Both the position numbers and the translations under genes were made by a program. Below the pieces are notes generated by a model. It searched no databases, had not been told where the DNA came from, and saw nothing but the letters and a program-made list of their open reading frames with translations. From assembly GCA_965602015.1 (NCBI GenBank), contig OZ271918.1:1280001-1344000 (forward strand): DNA of 64,000 nucleotides. The letters run 5' to 3'. The stretch's first letter is position 1. The number at the start of each line of letters is the position of its first letter. Below are positions 8,340 through 18,930 of this stretch, in pieces. Source of the DNA: Salinispira sp. (lineage in GTDB: Bacteria; Spirochaetota; Spirochaetia; DSM-27196; Salinispiraceae).

Positions 8340-9362
8340 ATGGTTCCAAGTGAAAAGCGAAGCATTGTAACCGGCAATAGGTTTCTCATTGTGTTGGTGC
8401 TGCTCAGCATTATCACGGGGTCCTGCGGAACAGCTCCGTCGGGCCCGCAGCGGCCTCCGTCTCCGCCCAAGGGATTCCCCAACGAATCGCTGCTCCGCGC
8501 CGCCTTTGCTCTGGGAATGATTGATCTGGTGGATACCGATCCGGAAATCCCCGGTAACATACACGCGTTCACGGATATCGAGTATGCGTCGGTAGACTCC
8601 AAAAGCTTAGAGCTCGATATTTACCGCCGTTTCGATGTGGAAGAGCCGGTCCCATTGCTAATCTTTATTCACGGCGGATCATGGAAATCGGGCCGACGCT
8701 CGGATTACCTGCCATATCTGCTGGACTATGCAGAGAAGGGCTATGTCACTGCGACCATCTCCTACCGCCTCATCGATGACGCGCTCTTTCCCGCCGCGGC
8801 CCGGGATGTGTATTGCGCCCTTCGTTGGCTCGTCGAACATGGCGGCGAGTACGGCGCTGATACCCGGCGCATCGCATTGGTGGGCGGATCCGCCGGTGCT
8901 CACCTGGCCATGCTCATCGGCTACGGAGGGCATGAGGAGTTTTTCCATGCCGACTGCAAAACGGGAAGCGCTGAAGAATACCTAATGGATTCGGTCAAGG
9001 CCATAATCAACTTCTACGGACCGGTTGATCTCACCACCCCGTACGCGGCTTCGACTTCTCAGGTGATGGATTTTATTGACGCCTCCTATGACCAGAATCC
9101 GGGTATTTTTAAAGCGGCGTCGCCCATCTACTACATAACAGCGGACGATCCGCCGACCCTGACTTTTCACGGAACAATTGACTCCTTGGTGCCTGTGAGT
9201 CAAGCCGATGAACTGGATAGGAGTCTCGCCAATGCCGGGGTCTTACACGAATACCACCGCCTGTCCGGTTGGCCGCATACCATGGACCTGGCGACGAAGG
9301 TCAACGAGTACGTTCAGTATTACATGGACCATTTTCTCCGCCGCTTCCTCGAAGCGAACTGA
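8340..9362 (+). CDS. Alpha/beta hydrolase (HSL-like esterase/lipase), probable lipoprotein
   Basis: HGGSW oxyanion motif, GGSAG nucleophile, FHGTIDSLVP, C-terminal His; ITGSC lipobox-like signal. Confidence 0.9.
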   Translation: MVPSEKRSIVTGNRFLIVLVLLSIITGSCGTAPSGPQRPPSPPKGFPNESLLRAAFALGMIDLVDTDPEIPGNIHAFTDIEYASVDSKSLELDIYRRFDVEEPVPLLIFIHGGSWKSGRRSDYLPYLLDYAEKGYVTATISYRLIDDALFPAAARDVYCALRWLVEHGGEYGADTRRIALVGGSAGAHLAMLIGYGGHEEFFHADCKTGSAEEYLMDSVKAIINFYGPVDLTTPYAASTSQVMDFIDASYDQNPGIFKAASPIYYITADDPPTLTFHGTIDSLVPVSQADELDRSLANAGVLHEYHRLSGWPHTMDLATKVNEYVQYYMDHFLRRFLEAN

Positions 9363-9884
9363 TGATCCAGAGGATCGCCTGGTCCTGTCATATTTTCCGG
9401 GAGAAGAGGCGACTCGTCCGAACTGTACGAAAGTGTTGGTGAAAAACCCCCAGCTCATTGTGTCCTTGTATCGCCAGATGAGCAAAACAAACATCTAATC
9501 AACCGTTACCATTTTTCCTTACAACTCTTGTACATACCCCTGATGTGGACCCTGCTGGTGGCAACCCGACGGGACAATCCCGCAGATTGCCGGCGGTATC
9601 ATCATCCTAGGCGGTGGACATTATCTCCTCAGTCATTATGACAAGGAGGAGCTGCTCCTTGCAAATGTTCGCCGTGACGATCGTGTCGAAACACTGCGTG
9701 AAGCGCTTATTGTGTATTTTGCCGGGAGCGTGAACTATGCCCGGGAATAATCGACTATGCGGATTTGAGGCAGGTTCGCGTGGTTTTCCCGGTAGAACGA
9801 TGCCCAATCGCTGGCGGTGGCATGGGACGGCGAATACCGGTGGCGGTCCCGGTATATCAGGACGATTAGAGGAGAGCGCCTGAA

Positions 9885-10277
9885 TATTTGCAGGGCCCGA
9901 GCAGACCTATCACATTTCCACGGGAACCAGCGCCATGGCCATGCGCCGCGAAGTGGATGAATAGCTCGGCCGGGAAACATCCGTGAACTTCAGAACAGCC
10001 TCGCCCGGATGTGCATCAACAGCGAACGGGAAATTATGGATGTCGATCTGGTTCGAAGCAAGCTCTCTGTCTCTATCCCGACAGGGATGGCGGCTGTGCA
10101 GATACCGCAGCCCGCGGTTCTTTGAACATCGCCGAAGCCGAGGCCGAGTTGTACCGCAGCTACATACAGGAGGCCGCCCGGCGTAGCGGCGTCTAAAAGG
10201 ATATGGCCCGGCTACTCGGGACGCCTAATTACCAGAATGTTCAGAAATGGATTAAGATATACGCTGTTAAGTTATAG
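9885..10277 (+). pseudogene. Remnant of a sigma54-dependent activator (RtcR-like N-terminus, Fis-type HTH), AAA+ core deleted
   Basis: TYHISTGTSAMAM (9905-9943), PGNIRELQNSLARMCI (from 9970) and MARLLGTPNYQNVQKWIKIY (10203-10263) in broken frames. Confidence 0.65.
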
Positions 10278-10289
10278 GAGCCGGGTATT

Positions 10290-11138
10290 ATGGGGAAAAC
10301 ATTTCTGAGGATTATGCTAGGTTTCGCAATGCTAGTCAGCATGCTGCTGATGGTCTCCTGCGATTCACAGCCGAAGATCACCCTCGAATCGACGATGAAT
10401 GACGCGTATACGATTTCTATTGTATACTTCCCTTCGATTCCCGAATCCAGGCTCGAGTACATTCCGCTTATTGAAGCCATAGAGAACGATGAACCCGCTG
10501 CAATCATCCTGAAATTTTTCTTCGACGAACCGAGGGCAGAAGATGCCAGCTTCGCTGAAGCGTTAGCGGCCTATGAGAACATCATCACCCAGAGTTCATT
10601 GCTGCTCGAGCAAATCGCTCCGTCTGATCCTGCAGTAATTCAGAGCTTCAGCATATATAGTGAATCTCCCCAACCGGATGAAATTAATATCGTTCTTCCC
10701 AATGATAAAATCAGCGGGTCCTTTGCGGCGCTGGGATTGACGGATTTTCCGGTGCAGGGTGAAGAACTTCAGGGCTTTGATCTCGTCACCAAATCTAACG
10801 GATACCTGTTCCCATCTATCGCCCTGGTTACCCTCTCATTTCTCACCGGCCAGGAGATTGAATACCAGCCGGACAGTATACGCGTCGGCGATATTGTGTT
10901 TCCCGATCCGGCCATGACGATGAACCTCCAAATCTCCGAATCGGGGTTTTTTCCCCGCTACGAGCTATCAGAGGTACTCGATAAGCCGAGCGACTCTGTC
11001 CTCTTTTCTGGGCATATCGTTCTCGTGTACGTTGACATTCCTGAGGTATGGCGATTTCGTGCAGGATATGGATCGGCACACAATAACGCTGAAATCGTCG
11101 CCGATTCAATTAACACCATCCTTTTGAAAGTCGAATAA
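10290..11138 (+). CDS. Lipoprotein with CHASE2-like domain
   Basis: LMVSC lipobox; PAAIILKFFFDEPRAEDASFAEAL, FPSIAL and AEIVADSINTIL resemble CHASE2 motifs. Confidence 0.65.
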   Translation: MGKTFLRIMLGFAMLVSMLLMVSCDSQPKITLESTMNDAYTISIVYFPSIPESRLEYIPLIEAIENDEPAAIILKFFFDEPRAEDASFAEALAAYENIITQSSLLLEQIAPSDPAVIQSFSIYSESPQPDEINIVLPNDKISGSFAALGLTDFPVQGEELQGFDLVTKSNGYLFPSIALVTLSFLTGQEIEYQPDSIRVGDIVFPDPAMTMNLQISESGFFPRYELSEVLDKPSDSVLFSGHIVLVYVDIPEVWRFRAGYGSAHNNAEIVADSINTILLKVE

Positions 11139-11312
11139 CACAGGCTGTGATTTGGTTTTTACTAAGTCAGGACAATTAGTTGCAATCATGCTCGGCTGCG
11201 TTATTGGATATCTTACATTTTATGAGACCAAAGCTACGGCCCTTGATTCTGATGTAGATCAGTTGTAAAGTTAACGCAGATAACCTATCTTAAGGCGCCT
11301 GTATTTGAGGAT

Positions 11313-12614
11313 ATGCCTATGCGTTTGAAGGACCTTTTGTTTTTTGCCTTGTTGATTTCACTGATCGCTGCTTGCAATGCCGGAGCGCCTTTTACTGAGC
11401 TCCCGGATGTCGAACCGAAGATTATCAATGTCTCGTTTGTAAGTTCCGACGGCACGGCTTCCGTGTCTTCGCTGCACCCGCGCCAAATCGATGAGCAAAG
11501 TATTACCTACGATATTCAGTCTCTAAACGATGAACAGTACTTCAAGCCCATGCGTACCTCAGGGGCACGAGGCATTCTGCGCAAATCTATAACCCCTGTT
11601 TCATTCGTTCTATCTACCTCCAATATTTTTCTATACCGAGATCTGTATTCCGTAGGGGCATATGAAAAAATTCTGTACTCAATAGGCGATCAATCCACCG
11701 GGGAAGTATACCAGCATTTTGACCTCATTAACTCCAGGCAGGTCGTGCGAGATTTTGCCTTAGAGGAAAGTCAGTTCCAAGGCTTCGGATTGAAGCTCAG
11801 TCTTAATAGCGACATCGGGTCAGGTAGTGTCAACGACGGTCTTATGGTTATGAGCGAAGTTACGCTACGGCTGGGTGCAGAATACGCGGAATTTGATCTG
11901 GAAGGAGGAATCTACATCAGCGAACTGGATGCGCATGTATTTACCCTTAACTTCCTGCAACCCTATCTGACCGACAAGTTGGGCTACATTGCGATCGGCG
12001 GCGATATTCCCACAGACGGAATACAGAATCCCGAGGGAATCGAAGGGGTGTATCCGCTGCCCTGCAAAATAGAATCCAGGGATGACGGGATCATCGGGAG
12101 CAGCACATTGTTCCTTAACGGGCCGGCATATGATTTCAATCAGTTCACGAATCCTGAGATTGTGTTCAACTGGAACATGGCCGATTGCGTTCAAATTTAC
12201 GATAACGGCACTCCTGCAGATTATTCCGACGATATCGTCACCCTCGATGTGGGCAATCCCTTTCCCATCAGCATTGAACTACGGGAACTTCAATCACCGG
12301 GTGTAACCGATTCCGCAGCAGATACCACTACTCCCGCAGACGTCGCCCATGCGCACCTGGCCGGACAAAACTCGGTCAATACTTTGCAATGGATTAATCC
12401 CATCGACGCGGATTTCGAAAAAGTCATAATCGTCCGAAAGGCCGGCACTGCGCCATTGGACCATGAGGACGGAGATATCGTGTACGAAGGTTTTACCCCA
12501 GCATATTGGGACACAACGGGAGAATCAGGCGTTCATTATTACTACGCGATCTATGCATGCGATTTTTCGGGTAACATGTCTGGGGGGATAGTGGTCGATC
12601 AGATTCAGAATTAG
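11313..12614 (+). CDS. Hypothetical lipoprotein with C-terminal FN3-like domain
   Basis: LIAAC lipobox; TLQWINPIDADFEKVIIVRK..YYYAIYACDFSGNMS. Confidence 0.75.
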   Translation: MPMRLKDLLFFALLISLIAACNAGAPFTELPDVEPKIINVSFVSSDGTASVSSLHPRQIDEQSITYDIQSLNDEQYFKPMRTSGARGILRKSITPVSFVLSTSNIFLYRDLYSVGAYEKILYSIGDQSTGEVYQHFDLINSRQVVRDFALEESQFQGFGLKLSLNSDIGSGSVNDGLMVMSEVTLRLGAEYAEFDLEGGIYISELDAHVFTLNFLQPYLTDKLGYIAIGGDIPTDGIQNPEGIEGVYPLPCKIESRDDGIIGSSTLFLNGPAYDFNQFTNPEIVFNWNMADCVQIYDNGTPADYSDDIVTLDVGNPFPISIELRELQSPGVTDSAADTTTPADVAHAHLAGQNSVNTLQWINPIDADFEKVIIVRKAGTAPLDHEDGDIVYEGFTPAYWDTTGESGVHYYYAIYACDFSGNMSGGIVVDQIQN

Positions 12615-13609
12615 TCAATAGGCTCAGCAGGTGCCAAGCTGCAATAACTGTATCCCTGAACAGATCCGTCGGGAGCTTCGATATCAACGACCGTCAGATC
12701 GCCCCGGGGGTCTGTAAGGCTGGATATTCCGGTCACATAGAATAAACTGCTATTTTCCGCTTGGGCATCGCTCAGGTAACTTGCGCCGACCCCCCGTTTA
12801 TTCAGAACCATTTTTCCGGGTACGGTCCCATCGGCGTATAGCGAACTGTTTTCCCAGTAATCGACGCCGAAATACTCCGGCCTGAAATTCTGAGGGGCTT
12901 CCCAGAGGTAGAAAAACATTGCCCGGGCTTTTACCTGTACCTCTTCAGGAATCGCATCAACGATTTGCCCGTTTTTCAGCGACATCCATCTCCATGAAAT
13001 GGTCGTAAAGGCTCCGGTAGCATTTCGGGAGAAATTAAAGAATGGAAAAACATATCCTTCGTAGTTTTCCGACGGACGGGTAAACTCGACGTTTTCCGTA
13101 AAACACTCAGTACCTTCGATATTCAGAATGAAATCGCCATTGAGCGGCAGCCCCTGACTGGTGATACTGTTCATATCGAAATAATATTGGGGATAATGCC
13201 CGGGCATGATTTCGGGACCGTGGTAATGGGGATTCATAAGGACGTCAGGGCTGAGGGTCATGAGGCCGTCGAAGGGAAAACTCTGTACCTCGAATTGCCT
13301 GGTGAAAAACCCTCCCAGCATCCAGGAAAGATCCTCTTCATAATCATATATTGAGTCCCTGTTTATATCGGGGTTGAGAAATTTCTTGAAGGTGATATCA
13401 AAGCCCCTCATGTTTGTTTCGTGAGCCTTGGACCGACGGATTGGTGCCTGTCTCCAGGTGAAGCTGATCCTGCTTTCTCCGGCGGCAGGCGGGGGAAGTT
13501 CATCTTCATTATCTTCGTCGGGGGGAATGGCCGGGTTATTACACGCAGTCAGAAATAAAAGTCCGAGTACAAGTACTAGTGAGAAGATGCTCTAGTCCAA
13601 TCGTTTTAT
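12611..13609 (-). pseudogene. Lipoprotein gene with degraded 5' end (266-aa ORF remains)
   Basis: AGGAGG RBS (13615-13620) followed by ATA instead of ATG, in-frame TAG, signal peptide SIFSLVLVLGLLFLTAC, then a frameshift into ORF 12611-13411. Confidence 0.6.
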
Positions 13610-13787
13610 GTAAGCCTCCTGAATAGTTAATAGGTATATACTTTATTGTCAGGAGTGTGAATATAAATGTCCAGCAGCTCAAATCCTGTATCTTCTGTGA
13701 ATTTTGTGTTACTCCGTCTGCCTCTCTGCAATGTCGCGTCTGCACGATATATACTCTATTATGTAGCGGCAGATGGAAGGAGATCCT

Positions 13788-14327
13788 ATGAAGGAAGTGT
13801 TTCAATTAATTGTGGAGTACAACCGTAAAACCAACCGTGAAATCGAGAGACTTGTTCTCTCCCTTCCCGAAGAAGAGGTGTTCAAAGAGCGAAAAACCTA
13901 TTTCAAGAGTTTATTCGCTCTGGTGATGCATCTGATTCACGCCAGCCGATATATGCTCTCACTTATTCGGAAACATTGGAATGACCAGCATCTTGCAGAT
14001 GAGCTGGCATCTTCAGATTTCACCGTTGACCCCGCATCCGTTGCGGAGGCCTTCACCCTGCTAAAACGGTATGATGAGCTGATGTATGAATTTATAAATT
14101 CCATTAACGAAACCCGCCTTAAAGAGCCAAAACAGTCGGTATTACTTATGCGGAAGGGAAACGCGGATATATCCATCTGGAATATTCTCATGCAGTACAT
14201 TGTTCATCAGACACACCATCGCGGGCAGATTTCCCAACTGCTTGATGAGCTGGGAGTTGATCATGATTACGGTAATGTGTGGCCCCTGTACTTGGAAGCT
14301 GCGGGCCATGATTTGGGTAGTGCCTAA
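13788..14327 (+). CDS. DinB/YfiT family protein
   Basis: FKSLFALVMHL and HQTHHRGQISQLL motifs; AAGGAG RBS. Confidence 0.88.
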   Translation: MKEVFQLIVEYNRKTNREIERLVLSLPEEEVFKERKTYFKSLFALVMHLIHASRYMLSLIRKHWNDQHLADELASSDFTVDPASVAEAFTLLKRYDELMYEFINSINETRLKEPKQSVLLMRKGNADISIWNILMQYIVHQTHHRGQISQLLDELGVDHDYGNVWPLYLEAAGHDLGSA

Positions 14328-14412
14328 TCGACTGTTTTTCCTTGCGTAGCCCAAAGCTTTCAATTATTTGCATAGCGCTCCAGGACAATACCCGGGAACT
14401 GATTTAAAACTT

Positions 14413-14787
14413 TCAGTGATTACAGTGTCCGTGGTCATGGCCCGCGCAGACCCCCGCATCGTCGCTGAGGAGTACCTTGCCTTCTGCGAGAGCGGCACGG
14501 AACCGGTCCAGTGTTCCCGGCGATTTGACTACGAAGCTGCAGGTTATTCCTGCTGAGGCGAGTCGGCTCATGGCGCCTTTACCCATACCCAGGCTTATCA
14601 CCCGCTGTACGCCAAGGGCTGCAAGCTCTTCAACGGGAGCGCACGAGCCCCCCGCCTTTTTGCTCCGGTCCACAAAATTAAGTGTGTCCAGTTCGTCGTC
14701 AAAGACGGCAATAAACGGCGCCGATCCAAAATGCCCTGAGAGTTTGCTGTCCTCACTGTCTGTTTGTACTGGTACTGCTGTTGTCAT
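14413..14787 (-). CDS. NifB/NifX-family (dinitrogenase FeMo-cofactor binding-like) protein
   Basis: SGHFGSAPF, GMGKGA, His/Cys-rich tail; adjacent to DUF134. Confidence 0.85.
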   Translation of the reverse strand: MTTAVPVQTDSEDSKLSGHFGSAPFIAVFDDELDTLNFVDRSKKAGGSCAPVEELAALGVQRVISLGMGKGAMSRLASAGITCSFVVKSPGTLDRFRAALAEGKVLLSDDAGVCAGHDHGHCNH

Positions 14788-14822
14788 ATCGACTTCTCCT
14801 GAATGCCGGTACGGCTTTGGTT

Positions 14823-15143
14823 TTACTCCTCCGATGGATCTTTACAACCATGGGAAGCCGCATCAGAGTCGGGGAGTATTTCAAGGGCCATCCCCTTGAT
14901 TATTGCCGTAGCCAGCTTTTTTCTGGCTGCTTTTATAATCAGGCCGAAAGACTGGCGGGATATGCCCATTTCCTGTGCAGCCTGATCGTGATACAGACCC
15001 TCATAATCCGCCAAACGGACCGCCTCAAATTCATCGAGGGCGAGAAACTGAATACCCAGTTCGCTCATTGGTATGCCTCGAGGTTTGAATATGGAGGTCG
15101 AGGGCTCCCCACAGATACGTCTGCAACCTTTTTTTCTTGGCAT
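14823..15143 (-). CDS. DUF134 (UPF0251) DNA-binding protein
   Basis: MPRKKGCRRI..FKPRGIP..DEFEAVRLADYEGL..AAQEMGISRQSF..ARKKLATAI. Confidence 0.92.
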   Translation of the reverse strand: MPRKKGCRRICGEPSTSIFKPRGIPMSELGIQFLALDEFEAVRLADYEGLYHDQAAQEMGISRQSFGLIIKAARKKLATAIIKGMALEILPDSDAASHGCKDPSEE

Positions 15144-15392
15144 ATGCTAATATTAAACACTAAGTCGCCCATTGTCTATAAACTATGCAACGTTCGATGA
15201 ATTTTGGATTAACCCCGCGGTAAAGGCCAACCTGCCGATAGTAGTCAAAACTCTTGTTATTTGTACCACCAGGAAAATTGACAATGCGCATTAACTCGTA
15301 TTAGTATTTGTGTGGGTTTGGGCGTCTACATTGTCATAAATTTAGTTGTACAAGGACAACCTTGTGCATGCGCCCATTCCGGGGGTGAGAAT

Positions 15393-15809
15393 ATGAGAAA
15401 TAGAGCTATTGCATTACTGTGTATGATTATGTGTGTAGGGCTTCTTCTTGCTGGTTGTACCAGTATCTCAGGCGGAGGAATAGCCAGGGGTGCACGCCCG
15501 GACCCACCAATGGAGGGTGTCTACACCACAACCGGTGGCTGGGGTGAAGTCCGCTTGTGGAAAACCGAAGCAGGTTTTCAGGGTTCCTATACAGACACAT
15601 GGCAGTCCGAAACCGGCGATCTCTACCTCTGGATCGAGGATGGGGTGTGGGTTGGTTCTTGGGAAGAACCGGTTATTGACCGTGGCGGTGATTTATACAG
15701 GATTACGATAAGCGATGACGGAACAACGGTTACCGGTCTGGCAAACGTTACGCGTATGGGTGGGCACAGCCAATTCAAAGACGTGGAATTTTCCTGGGTT
15801 AAGCAATAA
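15393..15809 (+). CDS. Hypothetical lipoprotein
   Basis: MRNRAIALL..LLAGC lipobox; beta-rich mature part. Confidence 0.7.
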   Translation: MRNRAIALLCMIMCVGLLLAGCTSISGGGIARGARPDPPMEGVYTTTGGWGEVRLWKTEAGFQGSYTDTWQSETGDLYLWIEDGVWVGSWEEPVIDRGGDLYRITISDDGTTVTGLANVTRMGGHSQFKDVEFSWVKQ

Positions 15810-15874
15810 AACATCACTTGCATGGTCAAAAACGCGTGTGGGGGGCTGTTATTGTTGTCGTATTAATGTGACCC

Positions 15875-16255
15875 TCAGCCGGCTATATCCCGAGACCCCG
15901 CATCAAACTCCAGCTCTATGGCCAAGTCTTCGGGATCGCCGATGAACCGGGAGAGGGTAGCCCGCTCGTTTTCATTTAAATCGACCAGTTCCAGGCCCCA
16001 GTTGTTGTCTTCGCCGTCGGATTTCATCCAGACAGTCTGCCCGTGGATTTCCAGCATATCAGCGGACTGGGTGGGATGGCAGAGGAAGAGTTGAAAGGTG
16101 CCCGCAGCTGACGGCGGTACCGGTTCTTCCAGGTTCATATGGAGCCCGCTGAGGGAGATGTTTACCAGTTCCCCAATGCGCCGGGTGGTGCCGTCGCTGC
16201 GAAGCAGAATTGGCCAGTCCAACTTGTGCCGGGGATGACTTCTGCGATTGTCCAT
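15875..16255 (-). CDS. PilZ domain protein (c-di-GMP receptor)
   Basis: RRSHPR (RxxxR) and NISLSG (D/NxSxxG) motifs. Confidence 0.88.
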   Translation of the reverse strand: MDNRRSHPRHKLDWPILLRSDGTTRRIGELVNISLSGLHMNLEEPVPPSAAGTFQLFLCHPTQSADMLEIHGQTVWMKSDGEDNNWGLELVDLNENERATLSRFIGDPEDLAIELEFDAGSRDIAG

Positions 16256-16312
16256 ACCATTATGCTAATCTACTGCCGCGGTAATGGCAAATGTGAACAG
16301 GTTGTTGGCAGC

Positions 16313-18517
16313 CTACAGCGTCACAAGGGCCTGAAGAATCGTGGACGGTCGCACCGGCAGACGTTTGAGCGCCCGGCTTTTGCTCTCGGTCACCAAACCC
16401 ATCGGTATACACATCTGGGAAAAAAACAGGCCAACAACCCGGAAGCTTAAATAGCCTAGGGGTGAATCAATTCGGTCTACTTCAGTCTGGGGTGACTGCT
16501 TGAGTATTTCCCGGTACTCGGGTACATAGCGGGCCAGGTGAGGAGCCAGGTCAGAAGCATAGACTTCAGAATTTTCTGATTCTTCACTCAGCTTCTTAAT
16601 GCCGTAAAGCATTAGAGGCGAGCTGAAGTGAATCCAGCCTTCGTTTTCGAAATCGAAGCGGGGATGATATTCCCAGGAATAGGAACTCATACAGGTAGTG
16701 AAGAGGTCACGGTACAACATTTTGAGGCTTTGAGGGTCAACATTTGCCTGAGCGAGGCGCAGACCCTTGGGTTCGGGAATGAGGATATCGGCGGCTGTGA
16801 GAATCTTTCGCATCAGGCTGAGCCAGTACCAATCGGCTTCCTTGGTAATTTGCAGCTCTATGCCTCGATATGTACTCTCGGGCATTTTATCGGCCAAGGC
16901 TTTGACAATCTGAGGCTTGATGTACCCCGCGGGGGTGCAGGGGATGAACCCGCCGTTTTCGGCCAGCCGGACGAGGGCGGTATATAACCTGATAACCGGC
17001 ACCTCAGCGAATACCGACTCCTCTAATTCGCCAAGGGCCGACAGTGATAGCATCCCCTCCGCTTCAAAAAGCGGTTCGGTGGTCAGCGAATGAACTGCCG
17101 CCGGCGGGAGGTCAAAGGGACCCGGTCCTTCATCCAGGCCCATGCCTTCCAGACTTCGTTCCATTAGGGCCATGGCCTGGTTGATATCGTCGGTTGTGGT
17201 TCCGGTCTTTTTTTGAATTTCCTGGTAATCCGCTTCTCTGCCGTTGTTTCGGGCGTCCAGGAGCTCTCCCACTACCGCATTGAGGGTGTCCAGGCTCATA
17301 TTAATTTCCGGCACATTGCCTTCATCATCTTCAAAGTCTGGTTCTTGTATCTGAGCGTCGAATTCCCGGGTGAGCATGTCCAGGCTGTCGAGTTCGGGAA
17401 AACGGCGGATAGTTTCCAGGTAAACCGTGAAATCGAGGGATCTCATTGGTTCGGTGGGGAGGGAAATATGTCCGTCGAGCGCCGAGACCAGCTCATCGTA
17501 ACTTTCCCGGGCAATGGTTTTTATAAAAAATCCCTTTTTATGCAGGTACATAGCGCTCATGTCCCCATTTCTGTGTGGGAGTTCTATATCTATGTAAGCT
17601 GCCGGTGCGAGGCGAGGGTTGTCGTCCAGATAGCGCAGCTCGGCCATATAACCTGACGCTTCCAGGATGCCGGCTATGGTTTCAGCGGCTCTTTCAATCT
17701 CCTCTACATCACCGAGGGCCTCGGCTGATTTTTCATAGGAAGCGAACATTCCAATGGTGAATCGGGGGTTGGCAATGCGAGGCATGCCCGATATTTCCAT
17801 CAGGCTCAACCACGGCAGGGGGTTTTCGGCGATGGTCTCGCTCAAGGAAGGCCGTTCTGGCAGCCCGCCATGGATGAAGATCGGTTTTTTGTGTCCAGAC
17901 GATGCGGCAGCACTAAAAAAATTCAGTTCGCCCTCTCCGCGAAAATGGGGCAGGGGAATCATTGGTCCGTAAGTCTGCCAGTGGTCGCCGGCATTCCAAA
18001 AGAGTGCAAGAATCCGGGTATACCCCTGGGCATGTACAGACCGTAATGCCGGGGAATAGAGTGTAAAATCCGGCCATGACGCCTCTTCGGAAAGAGCAGC
18101 CGGTTTGCCGCCAAGGGCGCTCAGGGAGAAAAATCCGCTTTCATCTTTTTGGCTGGTAATATCCGCCACCATATACAGCCACGGAGAACGTCGCCACATC
18201 CGGGCGAGGGCAAGGGCGTCCTCGCTCAGGTCATCTCCCCGGCTTCGAATAAATGCTCCGCACTGTTTGACCGAGCCGAACACGCGTCCACCGATCAGCA
18301 TGCCTTTAATGAGATCCTGATGATCCTCCTCCTGACCCGTTAGCGACGAGGCATCGAATTGCCGAAGTAAGTCCCTATCCAGACGCTTGCGTAGAGCGTA
18401 CTCAAAACCATGTGGTGTGATCCTATCAAGGAGTCGCGAGGCTGACCTCGCATCAAGATGCTTCATCTGTACTGTCCTCCTCATCGAGTATATCCGATAG
18501 TAGTGCAATGCGCACAT
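16313..18517 (-). CDS. Hypothetical protein (up to 734 aa; start uncertain)
   Basis: Long ORF with normal composition; no family confidently recognised. Confidence 0.75.
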   Translation of the reverse strand: MCALHYYRIYSMRRTVQMKHLDARSASRLLDRITPHGFEYALRKRLDRDLLRQFDASSLTGQEEDHQDLIKGMLIGGRVFGSVKQCGAFIRSRGDDLSEDALALARMWRRSPWLYMVADITSQKDESGFFSLSALGGKPAALSEEASWPDFTLYSPALRSVHAQGYTRILALFWNAGDHWQTYGPMIPLPHFRGEGELNFFSAAASSGHKKPIFIHGGLPERPSLSETIAENPLPWLSLMEISGMPRIANPRFTIGMFASYEKSAEALGDVEEIERAAETIAGILEASGYMAELRYLDDNPRLAPAAYIDIELPHRNGDMSAMYLHKKGFFIKTIARESYDELVSALDGHISLPTEPMRSLDFTVYLETIRRFPELDSLDMLTREFDAQIQEPDFEDDEGNVPEINMSLDTLNAVVGELLDARNNGREADYQEIQKKTGTTTDDINQAMALMERSLEGMGLDEGPGPFDLPPAAVHSLTTEPLFEAEGMLSLSALGELEESVFAEVPVIRLYTALVRLAENGGFIPCTPAGYIKPQIVKALADKMPESTYRGIELQITKEADWYWLSLMRKILTAADILIPEPKGLRLAQANVDPQSLKMLYRDLFTTCMSSYSWEYHPRFDFENEGWIHFSSPLMLYGIKKLSEESENSEVYASDLAPHLARYVPEYREILKQSPQTEVDRIDSPLGYLSFRVVGLFFSQMCIPMGLVTESKSRALKRLPVRPSTILQALVTL

Positions 18518-18573
18518 AATACATCTTTGTGAAGCTTGACCATCTGAGCCGCCCGGCCTAAAATTCCCATGCT

Positions 18574-18930
18574 ATGGGTTTGCTATATCCCGAAAAGATC
18601 GATCCCGAGGAAGCCGAGAAGCTCATCTCAAGCATGGTCGACTGGATTAGGTCGGTTTGTGACCCCGTGTCCATCATTCTGTTCGGCTCTGCAGCCCGGG
18701 GTGAGATGACTGAAGCTTCTGACATTGACCTTTGCCTTATTTTTGCCGACGAGAACCTGCTCGCCTCGGGACGGGAAGCGGTGTACAATTCAATAAACGG
18801 CGAAAACAGCGTCTGGCCCAAGGATCTGCTGTTTTACACCATGGAATCCTTTGCTGCTCGCCAAAAAATCGGAGGGATAGCCGAGTTGATAGCTTCAGAA
18901 GGAAGAGCTTTGTACGGGAGCCTGCAATGA
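18574..18930 (+). CDS. Minimal nucleotidyltransferase (MNT antitoxin-like)
   Basis: ILFGSAARGEMTEASDIDL (GSx10DxD). Confidence 0.9.
   Translation: MGLLYPEKIDPEEAEKLISSMVDWIRSVCDPVSIILFGSAARGEMTEASDIDLCLIFADENLLASGREAVYNSINGENSVWPKDLLFYTMESFAARQKIGGIAELIASEGRALYGSLQ

Noticed and set aside
14413..15143. NifX-like gene as evidence of nitrogen fixation
   Set aside because: DUF134 plus NifB/NifX-like pairs are common outside nif clusters, and there are no nif genes here.
18732..18926. N-terminal extension of the HEPN ORF
   Set aside because: It overlaps the MNT gene; the ATGA-coupled start at 18927 is more plausible.
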